Source: an uncultured cyanobacterium
Lineage (GTDB): Bacteria > Cyanobacteriota > Cyanobacteriia > Cyanobacteriales > Cyanobacteriaceae
Assembly (NCBI GenBank): GCA_963749915.1
Contig: CAVVOP010000021.1
Coordinates: forward strand, 714,107 to 778,106
Reading direction: 5' to 3'
DNA length: 64,000 bases
This document shows, piece by piece, positions 8,352 to 17,236 of the stretch. The translations under genes were made by a program, and so were the position numbers. Below the pieces are notes generated by a model. That model did no database searches, had not been told where the DNA came from, and was given only the letters and a program-made list of their open reading frames with translations. Each line of letters starts with the position of its first letter. Positions within the stretch are counted from its first letter, which is position 1.

Positions 8352-11261
8352 ATGGAAGAGCAAACTTTAAATGTCTCACTGCTGTCCCCTGTCAGTGATC
8401 TGATTTCGGGGGCAGGCACTGATCTCGATCTCATTTTCGGACGGGCCGGGAATGACGTTTTTTATCCGTTTGATCCGCTGGAAGATACTGATGCCCTGAT
8501 CAATATTGACATTCTGTTTGGTGATATCTTTGACAACACACCAGAGGAATTTGAGGTCACGCTTGGCCTTGCAGGGGGCGACCCATTTGCCATCCTAAAT
8601 GCGGATATTCCATCGATCGGAGCCGATCGATTTGTCCTAGGAGATGAATTTAGACCATATTATACAAGCTCCAATCCGCTCTCTCTGATAACCACCAACT
8701 TCCTAGGGTTTAATGATTTTGCCCTCATTTATGATTTTGACCCTAATCAAGATACGATCCAACTTAACGGCGATAAAGATGACTACTTGTTGGTGAAAAT
8801 AGATGCTCTCTCAGTTAGTGCGATCGCTGGGGGTGAGGCTGTCCCTGGCGACGTAACTGATTTCTCTGGCTATGCACTCTTTTCCCTGGAGTCTGGCGTC
8901 CCTGATGTGGTCAGTTTAATTGCCCAGAAGCCGGACGTGGAATTAAAGCTGGATGATGACGGGTTCCTATTTGTCGGTGATAAACCCGAGGACGATCCTG
9001 AGGATAAGAAGATTGGCCAGTTTGGCACCACTGGCCTCGATTACGGCTATGCCGTGGCCACTGACACCTATGGCAACCTGTATGTTGCTGGCACGACCAG
9101 CGGTTCTCTGAATGGCCCCAACCAAGGATCCTCTGATGTTTGGGTTACCAAATATAACTCCAGCGGCAATCAGGTTTTTGCCAAGCAGTTCGGGTCTGCG
9201 GCTGGAGAATCCGTCACCGAAATTATCACCGATAAGGATGGTAATTTCTATCTGGCGGGAAGTACCACCGGCAGCTTTGTTGACACCTTAAAGTCCACCA
9301 GAGGCTCAGATGCTTGGGTGGCTAAATATAGCAGCAACGGCACGATGCTGTGGGGGCGTCAGTTTGGCAGTAGTGCTGCTCAGACGCTGCCGGGAGATGA
9401 GTTTGGCTTCTCCACCAGTGCCTTTGGTTTGCAACTCGATGCCAATGGCGACGTCTATCTGTCTGGACTCACCATCAATGATAACTGGAAAGGAATCCTA
9501 GACTTTCCGGTCGAGGATGATTCCTGGGTGATCAAGCTGGATGGTGCAACGGGTAACAATGAGTGGACCACCAGCACCAAAATTACGCCGCCGCCCCAAG
9601 ATGTAGATCCCAACTTCCCCTTCTTAGCAGCCTTTAGTCCCTTCTTTGATGAAAGCTACGATCTCGCCGTTGACTCCCAAGGTAATTCCTACCTGGTGGG
9701 ATGGTCCCAAGGTCTGACCACCATCTCCGACCCCAGTCGAGATTTACAAAAATACGATGTCTGGCTAGCTAAAGTGAACACCGCTGGCGAGATTGAGTGG
9801 GTGCGCCAATTTGGCAGTGCCGATCGGGGTTCAGAATTTGGTTGGGCTGTGGATACTGATGGCCAAGATAATGTCTACGTCTCCGGATGGACAAATGGTA
9901 ACCTAGGAGAACTGAGTGAGGATTTTAAGAAGGCGGCCGCGCGGGACATCTTCCTTGCCAAGTTCACCCCAGACGGTGAGATGGACTTTACCAAGCAATT
10001 TGGCTCTCCGGGCGATGATGGACAGTATTTCTCTGACATGTTCATTGATGCCTCTGACAATATTTTCTTGACGGGGTATACCGATGGTAAGTTGGGTGAC
10101 GGCGACGACGACAAAAGCATCAATGCTTGGATCGGCCGCTTTGATACTGCTGGGAACAACCAATGGATTCAACAACTTGGCATCAAGGATAAAGCTGACT
10201 ATGCTACCGGCGTGACCGTCAATAGTGGTGGTCAGCTGTTCGTAACTGGATTCACAGAAGGCCTATTGGGCACTAGCAGCAGTGGCAACGCGGGTTCTGC
10301 TGTCGATGCCTGGCTGGCTGAGCTCGATATCGAGAAAGGAAAACTGCAAGAATTTGAAGGGACTTCCGGAAATGTCATCAGCATCGCCGATCCTGGTGCG
10401 ATCGCTGTAAGTGATGTAACTGCTCAGTTTCTAGTGGGGGATGACCTGCCTACTGGGACCAAAAATATTCCTAACCCTGGGGCCTATTACGGTGAGATTC
10501 TGGATGGCATGTCTCCCTTCTTTGACCCCAACTCCGCAAATTCCCTCCAGTCGTCCTTGATCGACGCCATGATGAATGATCCCAGTGTCTTTGGGGGCAC
10601 CATGCCCAGCCTGAAGCTGGAGGGCTCTGATGGGGTCAATGATGTGCTCATGGGCTTTATGGGCGATGACGAGCTCAAAGGCAAGAAGGGGGATGATGAA
10701 CTCCATGGTCTTGCTGGTGATGACAAGCTGGAGGGCGAAGACGGCAACGATACACTTTTTGGCGGTGCCGGTGAAGATGAAGTCAAAGGTGGTAAAGACA
10801 ACGATGAACTTCATGGCGATGCCGATGCTGACAAACTTAAAGGTGATGATGGTGATGACCTGCTCATCGGTGGTGCTGGTAACGATGAACTAGAGGGTGA
10901 AGATGACAACGATACGCTGATTGGTGTGAATCCGGACGCCGCTAAGGCTGGGTTTGGTGAATACGACAAATTAAAAGGCGGTAACGAAGCTGATCTCTTT
11001 GTTCTTGGGGGGGCTAACCAAGCATACTATGTCGGTCAGGGTAATCTTGATTTCGCCCTAATCGATGACTTCAAGCTAGATCAAGGAGATATGATTCAGC
11101 TTTACAGCAGTGCTAGCTACAGCCTGGGAGAAAATATATCTGGTCTGGAAAAGGGAACAGCTATCTTCTTTGAAGGCAATGACCTGATTGCTATCGTCAA
11201 GGATGTCAAAGACCTCAGTCTCACTGATACCAGTGTCTTCTCCTTTGTATTAAGCGAGTAA
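8352..11261 (+). CDS. CylK/BrtB-like protein: N-terminal Ca-binding beta-roll, SBBP-repeat beta-propeller, C-terminal RTX repeats
   Basis: GRAGND/GADRFVLGD N-terminus; repeated 'ATDxxGNxYxxGxTxG...DxWxxKY...GNxxWxxQFG' blades; GGAGxDxL nonapeptides at the C-terminus. Confidence 0.7.
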   Translation: MEEQTLNVSLLSPVSDLISGAGTDLDLIFGRAGNDVFYPFDPLEDTDALINIDILFGDIFDNTPEEFEVTLGLAGGDPFAILNADIPSIGADRFVLGDEFRPYYTSSNPLSLITTNFLGFNDFALIYDFDPNQDTIQLNGDKDDYLLVKIDALSVSAIAGGEAVPGDVTDFSGYALFSLESGVPDVVSLIAQKPDVELKLDDDGFLFVGDKPEDDPEDKKIGQFGTTGLDYGYAVATDTYGNLYVAGTTSGSLNGPNQGSSDVWVTKYNSSGNQVFAKQFGSAAGESVTEIITDKDGNFYLAGSTTGSFVDTLKSTRGSDAWVAKYSSNGTMLWGRQFGSSAAQTLPGDEFGFSTSAFGLQLDANGDVYLSGLTINDNWKGILDFPVEDDSWVIKLDGATGNNEWTTSTKITPPPQDVDPNFPFLAAFSPFFDESYDLAVDSQGNSYLVGWSQGLTTISDPSRDLQKYDVWLAKVNTAGEIEWVRQFGSADRGSEFGWAVDTDGQDNVYVSGWTNGNLGELSEDFKKAAARDIFLAKFTPDGEMDFTKQFGSPGDDGQYFSDMFIDASDNIFLTGYTDGKLGDGDDDKSINAWIGRFDTAGNNQWIQQLGIKDKADYATGVTVNSGGQLFVTGFTEGLLGTSSSGNAGSAVDAWLAELDIEKGKLQEFEGTSGNVISIADPGAIAVSDVTAQFLVGDDLPTGTKNIPNPGAYYGEILDGMSPFFDPNSANSLQSSLIDAMMNDPSVFGGTMPSLKLEGSDGVNDVLMGFMGDDELKGKKGDDELHGLAGDDKLEGEDGNDTLFGGAGEDEVKGGKDNDELHGDADADKLKGDDGDDLLIGGAGNDELEGEDDNDTLIGVNPDAAKAGFGEYDKLKGGNEADLFVLGGANQAYYVGQGNLDFALIDDFKLDQGDMIQLYSSASYSLGENISGLEKGTAIFFEGNDLIAIVKDVKDLSLTDTSVFSFVLSE

Positions 11262-11265
11262 TTAT

Positions 11266-11387
11266 AAGTAGTCGAACATGAATAAACGGCTCTGGGTTAA
11301 GAACTGTTACTAAAGCTGAAACTCTTTTCGGTTCTCTGTTCCCCGTTCCCTGATCTCACAGTTAACTTGAATTGTGTCCAACTACTT
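11266..11387. repeat. MITE-like element with imperfect terminal inverted repeats (AAGTAGTCGAACA...TGTCCAACTACTT)
   Basis: Terminal inverted repeats visible; intergenic. Confidence 0.65.
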
Positions 11388-11441
11388 GCTTTTATAGGTT
11401 TTTGACCCTTTCCTAGCCCAGATTAATGGAGAAAAGTAAAC

Positions 11442-12755
11442 ATGGTTAGAAAAATAGATGTCAATGATACCCCATTCTTAAAGCCAGGAATTCCCTGGAT
11501 TGTTGTCTTATCAATAGTGGGACTCCTGAGTATCGGGGCTAATATTGTCTATGGCCTTAGATCCACTCAGCCCCCCTCAACCTTATCAATTACCGCCTCG
11601 GAAAAGATTCCTGAAATTAAATCGGTTACGGCTCTAGGACGGCTGGAACCCCAAGGAAAAACGATCCAATTAGCACCTCCGCCAAACTTGGGGGGTGCTA
11701 AGGTCGTTGAATTGCTAGTGAAAGAGGGAGATCTCGTTAAGGCCAACCAGGTAGTGGCTATCCTCGAAAATCGAGATTTGCTCCAAGCTGCTGTGGAACA
11801 AACACAACAGGATGTTAAAGTAGCTCAAGCGAATCTGGCCATTGTCAAAGCTGGAGCTAAATCAGGGGAAATTCAGTCCCAAAATGCCACCATTAAAAGA
11901 TTAGAAGCTCAGTTACAAGGAGAAAGTATCAGCTATCAAGCTAAAATCCTTCGTCTTCAAGAGAAATTACAAGGGGAAAAGGGGACTCAACAAGCAACCA
12001 TTGATCGTTTGCAAGCAGAACTTCGTAATGCACAAAGTGAGTATCAACGTTATCAGCAACTTGCTGAAAATGGGGCTATCTCGGCCTCGGATTTGGATCG
12101 TCGTTCTCTGATCCTAGAAACAGCGCAAGAGAAACTAAAAGAAGCACAAGCTACTTTTAATCAAACCATTGCGACTCTAGAGCAAGATATCCGAGAGGCA
12201 AAAGCTAATGCCCAACAAGCCAAAGATACCGTATCTCAACAAATTCAAGAAGAAACAGCGGAACTCCATCGCATTACTGAGGTGCGGGATGTGGATGTCT
12301 ACAAAGCTCAAGCCGAAGTTGAAAGGGCGAAAGCTTCCCGACAAAAAGCTCGAGAAGAATTGGAATTAACCTATGTTAAAGCTCCCATAACCAGTCGCGT
12401 CCTCAAAATCTATACTTACCCTGGAGAGAGAGTGCCATCAGAGCAGAGTATTTTAGAGTTAGGCAATACAGACCAGATGATGGTAATTGCTGAAGTTTAT
12501 GAAACTGATGTTGCTCAAGTAAAACCAGGACAAACTGTTAAGATTAAAAGCGAAAATGGAGCTTTTCCTGGTGAATTAGAAGGAACTGTAAGTGAGGTGG
12601 GTTGGCTCATTAACCAACAAGGAATTTTTGAAATCGATCCATCTTCAGATGTAGATAATAGAGTAGTTGAAGTTAAGATCAAATTAAATGAAGAAGAACG
12701 GGACAAATTCACCCGATTAACCTATTCACAGGTCATCGTCAAAATTTTTCTTTAA
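11442..12755 (+). CDS. devB: DevB/HlyD-family ABC exporter membrane fusion protein
   Basis: VTALGRLEPQG, long coiled coil, AEVYETDV, DVDNRVVEVKI. Confidence 0.88.
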   Translation: MVRKIDVNDTPFLKPGIPWIVVLSIVGLLSIGANIVYGLRSTQPPSTLSITASEKIPEIKSVTALGRLEPQGKTIQLAPPPNLGGAKVVELLVKEGDLVKANQVVAILENRDLLQAAVEQTQQDVKVAQANLAIVKAGAKSGEIQSQNATIKRLEAQLQGESISYQAKILRLQEKLQGEKGTQQATIDRLQAELRNAQSEYQRYQQLAENGAISASDLDRRSLILETAQEKLKEAQATFNQTIATLEQDIREAKANAQQAKDTVSQQIQEETAELHRITEVRDVDVYKAQAEVERAKASRQKAREELELTYVKAPITSRVLKIYTYPGERVPSEQSILELGNTDQMMVIAEVYETDVAQVKPGQTVKIKSENGAFPGELEGTVSEVGWLINQQGIFEIDPSSDVDNRVVEVKIKLNEEERDKFTRLTYSQVIVKIFL

Positions 12756-12766
12756 TTAACTCAAGG

Positions 12767-13933
12767 TTGAAATCTCTACTTATGATAAAAACTTCTTTAG
12801 CTTGGTTACAATTAAACCACCAAAAAACTCGCCTCTTAATCGCATTAGCAGGAGTCGGTTTTGCTGATATGCTGATGTTTATTCAGCTTGGGTTTCAAGC
12901 TGCACTTTTTGAAAGTAATGTCAGATTTCACAAAAGTTTTCGAGGAGATCTTTTTTTAATTAGTCCTGACTCTCGTTCTACTATATCGATGGAAGCTTTT
13001 TCTCGCACGCGGATCTATCAATCCCTAGCTATTGAGGGGGTTCAATCAACTACTACGGTCTATATGGATTTTGCTTCTTGGAAAAATCCCGTTAATCGCA
13101 GTACCCGTACTTTACTTATTGTTGGCTTAAATCCTGATAGTAATCCTCTGAATTTACCAGGTTTATCAAAAACAATTGCTTCGATTAAACACAGAGATGT
13201 TTATTTATTTGATGCCCTATCTAGGGAAGAATTTGGACCTGTTCCCTCCTTACTTGAGGAGAAAAAGAGTGTTACAGCAGAAATAAACGATCATCGCGTT
13301 AAAATTGGAGGATTATTTGCTTTAGGAGCTTCTTTTGCCGCTGATGGAAATCTCATCACTAGTGATATTAATTTTCATCGTCTTTTGCCTGACAGAGATC
13401 GAAGTTTGATTGATGTTGGGGTTATTCACTTAAATGAGAATGCTGATTTACAGTTAGTTCAAAAAGCTTTAACAGAGAAACTCCCACCAGATGTTAGAAT
13501 TTTATCTAAGGAAGAGTTTATTGAGTGGGAGAAACACTATTGGAAAACTAGTACTGCGATTGGATTTATCTTTTCCATGGGAACCGGAATTGGTTTTATG
13601 GTTGGAGTTTTAATTGTTTATCAAATTCTCTATACTGATATCTCAGATCGCCTACCCGAATATGCAACTTTAAAAGCAATTGGTTATAAAAATCGTTACT
13701 TTATTTTGGTTGTTTTTCAAGAAGCAATTATCTTAGCAATATTAGGTTATATTCCAGGTATTTCAATAACAATGATACTGTACTCATTGGCAGCAGGTGC
13801 TACAAATTTACCGATTATTATGACTATAACTAGGGCTATTACTGTTTTAACCTTAACTATTATAATGTGTTCTGTGTCTGGACTAATTGCAATTCGTAGA
13901 CTTAATGCTGCCGATCCATCTGACCTTTATTAA
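12767..13933 (+). CDS. devC: DevC ABC exporter permease
   Basis: LAWLQL, GVGFADMLMFIQLGF, YQILYTDI, EYATLKAIGY, ADPSDL. Confidence 0.93.
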   Translation: MKSLLMIKTSLAWLQLNHQKTRLLIALAGVGFADMLMFIQLGFQAALFESNVRFHKSFRGDLFLISPDSRSTISMEAFSRTRIYQSLAIEGVQSTTTVYMDFASWKNPVNRSTRTLLIVGLNPDSNPLNLPGLSKTIASIKHRDVYLFDALSREEFGPVPSLLEEKKSVTAEINDHRVKIGGLFALGASFAADGNLITSDINFHRLLPDRDRSLIDVGVIHLNENADLQLVQKALTEKLPPDVRILSKEEFIEWEKHYWKTSTAIGFIFSMGTGIGFMVGVLIVYQILYTDISDRLPEYATLKAIGYKNRYFILVVFQEAIILAILGYIPGISITMILYSLAAGATNLPIIMTITRAITVLTLTIIMCSVSGLIAIRRLNAADPSDLY

Positions 13934-13990
13934 GCAGTAATTTAACAGAACAAAAAGCCTTAATTAGACCAGTCATAAAATGTTTTAATC

Positions 13991-14575
13991 ATGAAAAAAT
14001 TAGTCCTAGCTACGAGTAATGCTGGTAAACTCAAGGAAATCCAAGAACATTTACAAGTATTTGACCTTGAATTAGTTTTAAAACCTCCAGAATTGGAGGT
14101 AGAAGAAACGGGGATAACTTTTATAGAAAATGCTATCCTCAAGGCCTCACAAGTGGCCAAAGTATTAAAAGAATGGTCGATCGCCGATGATTCTGGTTTA
14201 ATGGTTACAGCATTAAATGGTCGACCCGGCATTTTTTCGGCTAGATATGGTAAAACAGATCTCCATCGCATTCATCGCTTATTGCAAGAATTAAATGGTC
14301 AAACTAATCGTAAAGCCCAATTTGTCTGTGCAGTGGCGATCGCAAATCCTCAAGGAGAAATAGTGATTAAAACCGAGGGTATTTGTGAGGGAGAAATATT
14401 GACAGAAATGAAAGGAGAAAGAGGTTTTGGTTATGATCCGATTTTTTTTGTGCCTGAATTTAAGCAAACCTTTGCACAGATGCCACCAGAATTGAAACGG
14501 AAAATAAGTCATCGAGGAAAAGCCTTTGCGTCCCTAACACCCTTACTAAAATCCCCAGAGTTCGGAGCTGGTTAG
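13991..14575 (+). CDS. rdgB: RdgB/HAM1 non-canonical purine NTP pyrophosphatase
   Basis: ATSNAGK, TFIENAILKA, ADDSGL, GFGYDPIF, SHRGKA. Confidence 0.96.
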   Translation: MKKLVLATSNAGKLKEIQEHLQVFDLELVLKPPELEVEETGITFIENAILKASQVAKVLKEWSIADDSGLMVTALNGRPGIFSARYGKTDLHRIHRLLQELNGQTNRKAQFVCAVAIANPQGEIVIKTEGICEGEILTEMKGERGFGYDPIFFVPEFKQTFAQMPPELKRKISHRGKAFASLTPLLKSPEFGAG

Positions 14576-14644
14576 TGTATGATTTCATGCAAAGTTTGAC
14601 CCTTGTGCTAATCCGATCCGAGTCTGAATGCTCAATATTGAGTT

Positions 14645-14823
14645 TTAATAGGAAACTAAACGCATACTCAAATCTAACCAAGTAGAGCGGGTAATCGGTG
14701 CGCTACTGGATATATAGTCTATTCCTGTCTTCGCCACTTCCCGAATATTGTCTAAGGTAATATTGCCCGATGCCTCGATTTTGATTTGACTGTTTTTACT
14801 GCAGATGAGTTTCACGGCTTCAG
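14645..14823 (-). pseudogene. nadC: 3' fragment of nicotinate-nucleotide diphosphorylase
   Basis: IEASGNITLDNIREVAKTGIDYISSSAPITRSTWLDLSM; the upstream part is replaced by a REP-like hairpin. Confidence 0.88.
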
Positions 14824-14825
14824 GA

Positions 14826-14858
14826 GTGTAGGTTGGGTTGCTCGATGGCAAAACCCAA
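14826..14858. repeat. REP-like hairpin GTAGGTTGGGTT...AACCCAAC
   Basis: Inverted repeat GTTGGGTT/AACCCAAC with a GTAG foot, located at the nadC breakpoint. Confidence 0.6.
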
Positions 14859-14973
14859 CAAAAACAACGGTTAAAATATTATGGCGAATGACCCGAAAGC
14901 CTTTCCCACAGATTTTTGTTTCACGACCTTTTAAAGTAAAAAATAAATAAGGATTTTATCTAATAAATGTATT

Positions 14974-15609
14974 TTACCAAATTGGACTTAAATCTAAAGT
15001 AAATTCAGGTAAAATATCTTCTCCCGATATAGTTTGTGGATAATCTAAAACCTCTTTTTTTTGCCCTTGACGATATATTTCTACTTGTTTTTTTTCAGGG
15101 TTAATTAACCATCCTAATTTCACTCCATTATCCATATATTCTTCCATTTTATCTTGAGTATTTTTTAATGAGTCAGTTTTTGACATTAACTCTAAAACAA
15201 AATCAGGGGCAATAGGTGAAAATTTCGTTTTTTCTTCCTCTGTTAATTCATCCCATCTTTCATTTTTTATATAAGCCACATCAGGAGACCGATTACTGCC
15301 TTTTGGTAGTTTAAAACAAGTAGAAGAATCAAAAATTTTGCCTAATTTTTTCCTACGATTCCAAACAACAAAATCGGCATTTAACTCCGCATTATAATTT
15401 CCAGTTTCTCCCCCCGTTGGTGACACAATAATAATCTCTCCTTTTTGATTTCGTTCTAAGTTTAGTTCGGGATTATGACGGCAGAGTTGATAAAATTTTT
15501 CGTCATCAATTTTAGAAATTACATTCAAGTTAATAGTATAAGCATTCATTATCATAATTCTCCCTTTGATCACCACTGTTCTCATGGTAACACAAACACC
15601 AAAAAACAC
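14974..15609 (-). CDS. Uma2 family (DUF820) PD-(D/E)XK protein; true start probably near 15549-15555
   Basis: GEIIIVSPTGGETG, FDSSTCFKL, RSPDVA, APDFVLEL, KMEEYMDNGVKLGWLI. Confidence 0.93.
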   Translation of the reverse strand: MFFGVCVTMRTVVIKGRIMIMNAYTINLNVISKIDDEKFYQLCRHNPELNLERNQKGEIIIVSPTGGETGNYNAELNADFVVWNRRKKLGKIFDSSTCFKLPKGSNRSPDVAYIKNERWDELTEEEKTKFSPIAPDFVLELMSKTDSLKNTQDKMEEYMDNGVKLGWLINPEKKQVEIYRQGQKKEVLDYPQTISGEDILPEFTLDLSPIW

Positions 15610-15654
15610 CCCCTATTACTAAAAAACACCCCCTATTACTAGAGAGTGTTTTTT
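15601..15654 (-). terminator. Intrinsic terminator hairpin downstream of the psbA remnant, with a 20-bp tandem duplication of one arm
   Basis: AAAAAACACCCCCTATTACT occurs twice, followed by AGAGAGTGTTTTTT (imperfect inverted repeat with A/T tails). Confidence 0.7.
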
Positions 15655-15693
15655 ATTATTATTTAGTTGTCATTATCACAACCAAGCTAATTT

Positions 15694-15755
15694 TTAGCCA
15701 TTGATTACAGGAGCAGATACAGGTTCTGCACTTGCTAAATCTAAGGGGAAGTTGT
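15694..15755 (-). pseudogene. psbA: Last 19 codons of photosystem II D1
   Basis: Minus strand reads NFPLDLASAEPVSAPVING*, the D1 C-terminus including the CtpA-cleaved extension. Confidence 0.92.
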
Positions 15756-15830
15756 AGAAGTTGCTACCAATTTGCATCAATTAGCCGTAGAACAATGTGA
15801 AAGACTAAACCTTGGTAAAATTTGTTGATT

Positions 15831-16016
15831 TCATTGGTTGGGATTATTGGGAAGTTCTCGACGAGGGAAATTTTGACATCCTTCCTGCCACCAGTCGTGC
15901 ATCATGCCCCATCTACCCCACATCATGCCAGACATACCTAACAAGCCGATTAAAATAGTGAGAATCACACCAGATATAAAACCAATTGCTCCGTAAATTA
16001 CAAGTTTATTGTTCAT
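15831..16016 (-). CDS. Small Met/Gly-rich membrane protein (metal island)
   Basis: RBS GGAG upstream of MNNKLVIYG; one TM helix followed by GMSGMMWGRWGMMH. Confidence 0.6.
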   Translation of the reverse strand: MNNKLVIYGAIGFISGVILTILIGLLGMSGMMWGRWGMMHDWWQEGCQNFPRRELPNNPNQ

Positions 16017-16139
16017 AATTTTGTCTCCCTGAGTTAATTTACATTTTCTCCTTAGACTCGATGCGAATAATCCCTTGCAAACCAAACCAGTTATAGCGTC
16101 GAATGCCCCATTTGCCTTTGACATAAAATTTGCTGCTTT

Positions 16140-16958
16140 TTAGGTCTTTTCGTCCTCAGTTAATCTTCTAGACTTCTTACCTAAGCGAGGCAAAAATGCT
16201 GGAGTCTGGGCAGCATAGCGATCGTATTGAGCAAAGACTTTTTCTAGACATTTATTCGCATCTTGGCGGAAGAAATTTAGCTTGACTGGTAAACCAGCTT
16301 TGACAATAATTCTGGAGGGTTCATAGCCTTTTTTAACTTCAATATCCATTTCTTGAACTCCCTGATGTAAGATGGCATTTAGACTCATTTCATCTGTTTT
16401 TTCTGAAGGTTTATGAACATGATGATGATTAGTAGCAGGTATTTCTTGCTGATTAGAACCTTGTACTTTGACAACTCCTCTAAACATATTCATACCACAG
16501 TGAAAAGTATATTCTCCTGCTTCTGTTGGCGTAAATTCGACAGAAGTTGTTTGATTGAGTTTTAATTCTACAGCTTTATGAAAATCTGGTAATAAAACTT
16601 TTTCCAGGCAACTACTGGGATCTTTTCTGAAGAAATTGAGTCTCACTAGTTGACCTGCCTGTACAACAATTCTATCGGGGTTATAGCCACCATCAACAGT
16701 TATTTCTAGTTCTTGAATTCCTTGATGTGATGTGGCTTGTTGAGATTTAGTTTTACTGAATAAAAACCACCAAACTTCAGCCCCAATTAATCCTAAGCCT
16801 CCTAATGTTACGAATAGTTTTAAAGGTAAAGGTTGCTCAATGCGAGAAAATTCATTGGTTGATTCTGTTGATTCTATTTTGGCATTAGAAGCTTGTGCCA
16901 TACCAAATATTAAACCAAGACTTAATAGTAAAGTAAGAAATGCTTTTTGCTTGTTCAT
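16140..16958 (-). CDS. CupA-like cupredoxin-domain copper chaperone; second cupredoxin domain truncated and fused to foreign sequence
   Basis: GYNPDRIVVQAG, SSCLEKV, FHCGMNMFRG; the second repeat stops after KCLEKVF. Confidence 0.85.
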   Translation of the reverse strand: MNKQKAFLTLLLSLGLIFGMAQASNAKIESTESTNEFSRIEQPLPLKLFVTLGGLGLIGAEVWWFLFSKTKSQQATSHQGIQELEITVDGGYNPDRIVVQAGQLVRLNFFRKDPSSCLEKVLLPDFHKAVELKLNQTTSVEFTPTEAGEYTFHCGMNMFRGVVKVQGSNQQEIPATNHHHVHKPSEKTDEMSLNAILHQGVQEMDIEVKKGYEPSRIIVKAGLPVKLNFFRQDANKCLEKVFAQYDRYAAQTPAFLPRLGKKSRRLTEDEKT

Positions 16959-16983
16959 TTTTTTTGCTCCTGAGCAATCATAA

Positions 16984-17211
16984 TTAATAAAAATTTCTTA
17001 ATTTTTCGACAATAAATAAACAAGTAATTACCCCCACAACAGAACCCATAGCTAAACCGCAATTTAAAGCCCAACGAAACTTTTCCCAAGTATGACCAGG
17101 GAATAACATAATTCCCCTGACAACCCAGTAAATAAATTCTAGTAATAAACTAAAAATTAAAGGAACAATTAAAGCGAATTGATATTGTTTGATAATGTTT
17201 GTTTCTGACAT
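16984..17211 (-). CDS. Small hypothetical membrane protein
   Basis: Two hydrophobic segments; co-oriented within the operon. Confidence 0.5.
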   Translation of the reverse strand: MSETNIIKQYQFALIVPLIFSLLLEFIYWVVRGIMLFPGHTWEKFRWALNCGLAMGSVVGVITCLFIVEKLRNFY

Positions 17212-17236
17212 TTTTTTGCCTTCCTCTTAATAATAA

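Noticed and set aside
7759..8379. Short ORFs in the MFS-CylK-like intergenic region
   Set aside because: No RBS or motif support; AT-rich probable promoter region
9875..10893. Several overlapping ORFs within the RTX/propeller gene
   Set aside because: Antisense or alternate-frame shadows of a GC-rich repetitive CDS
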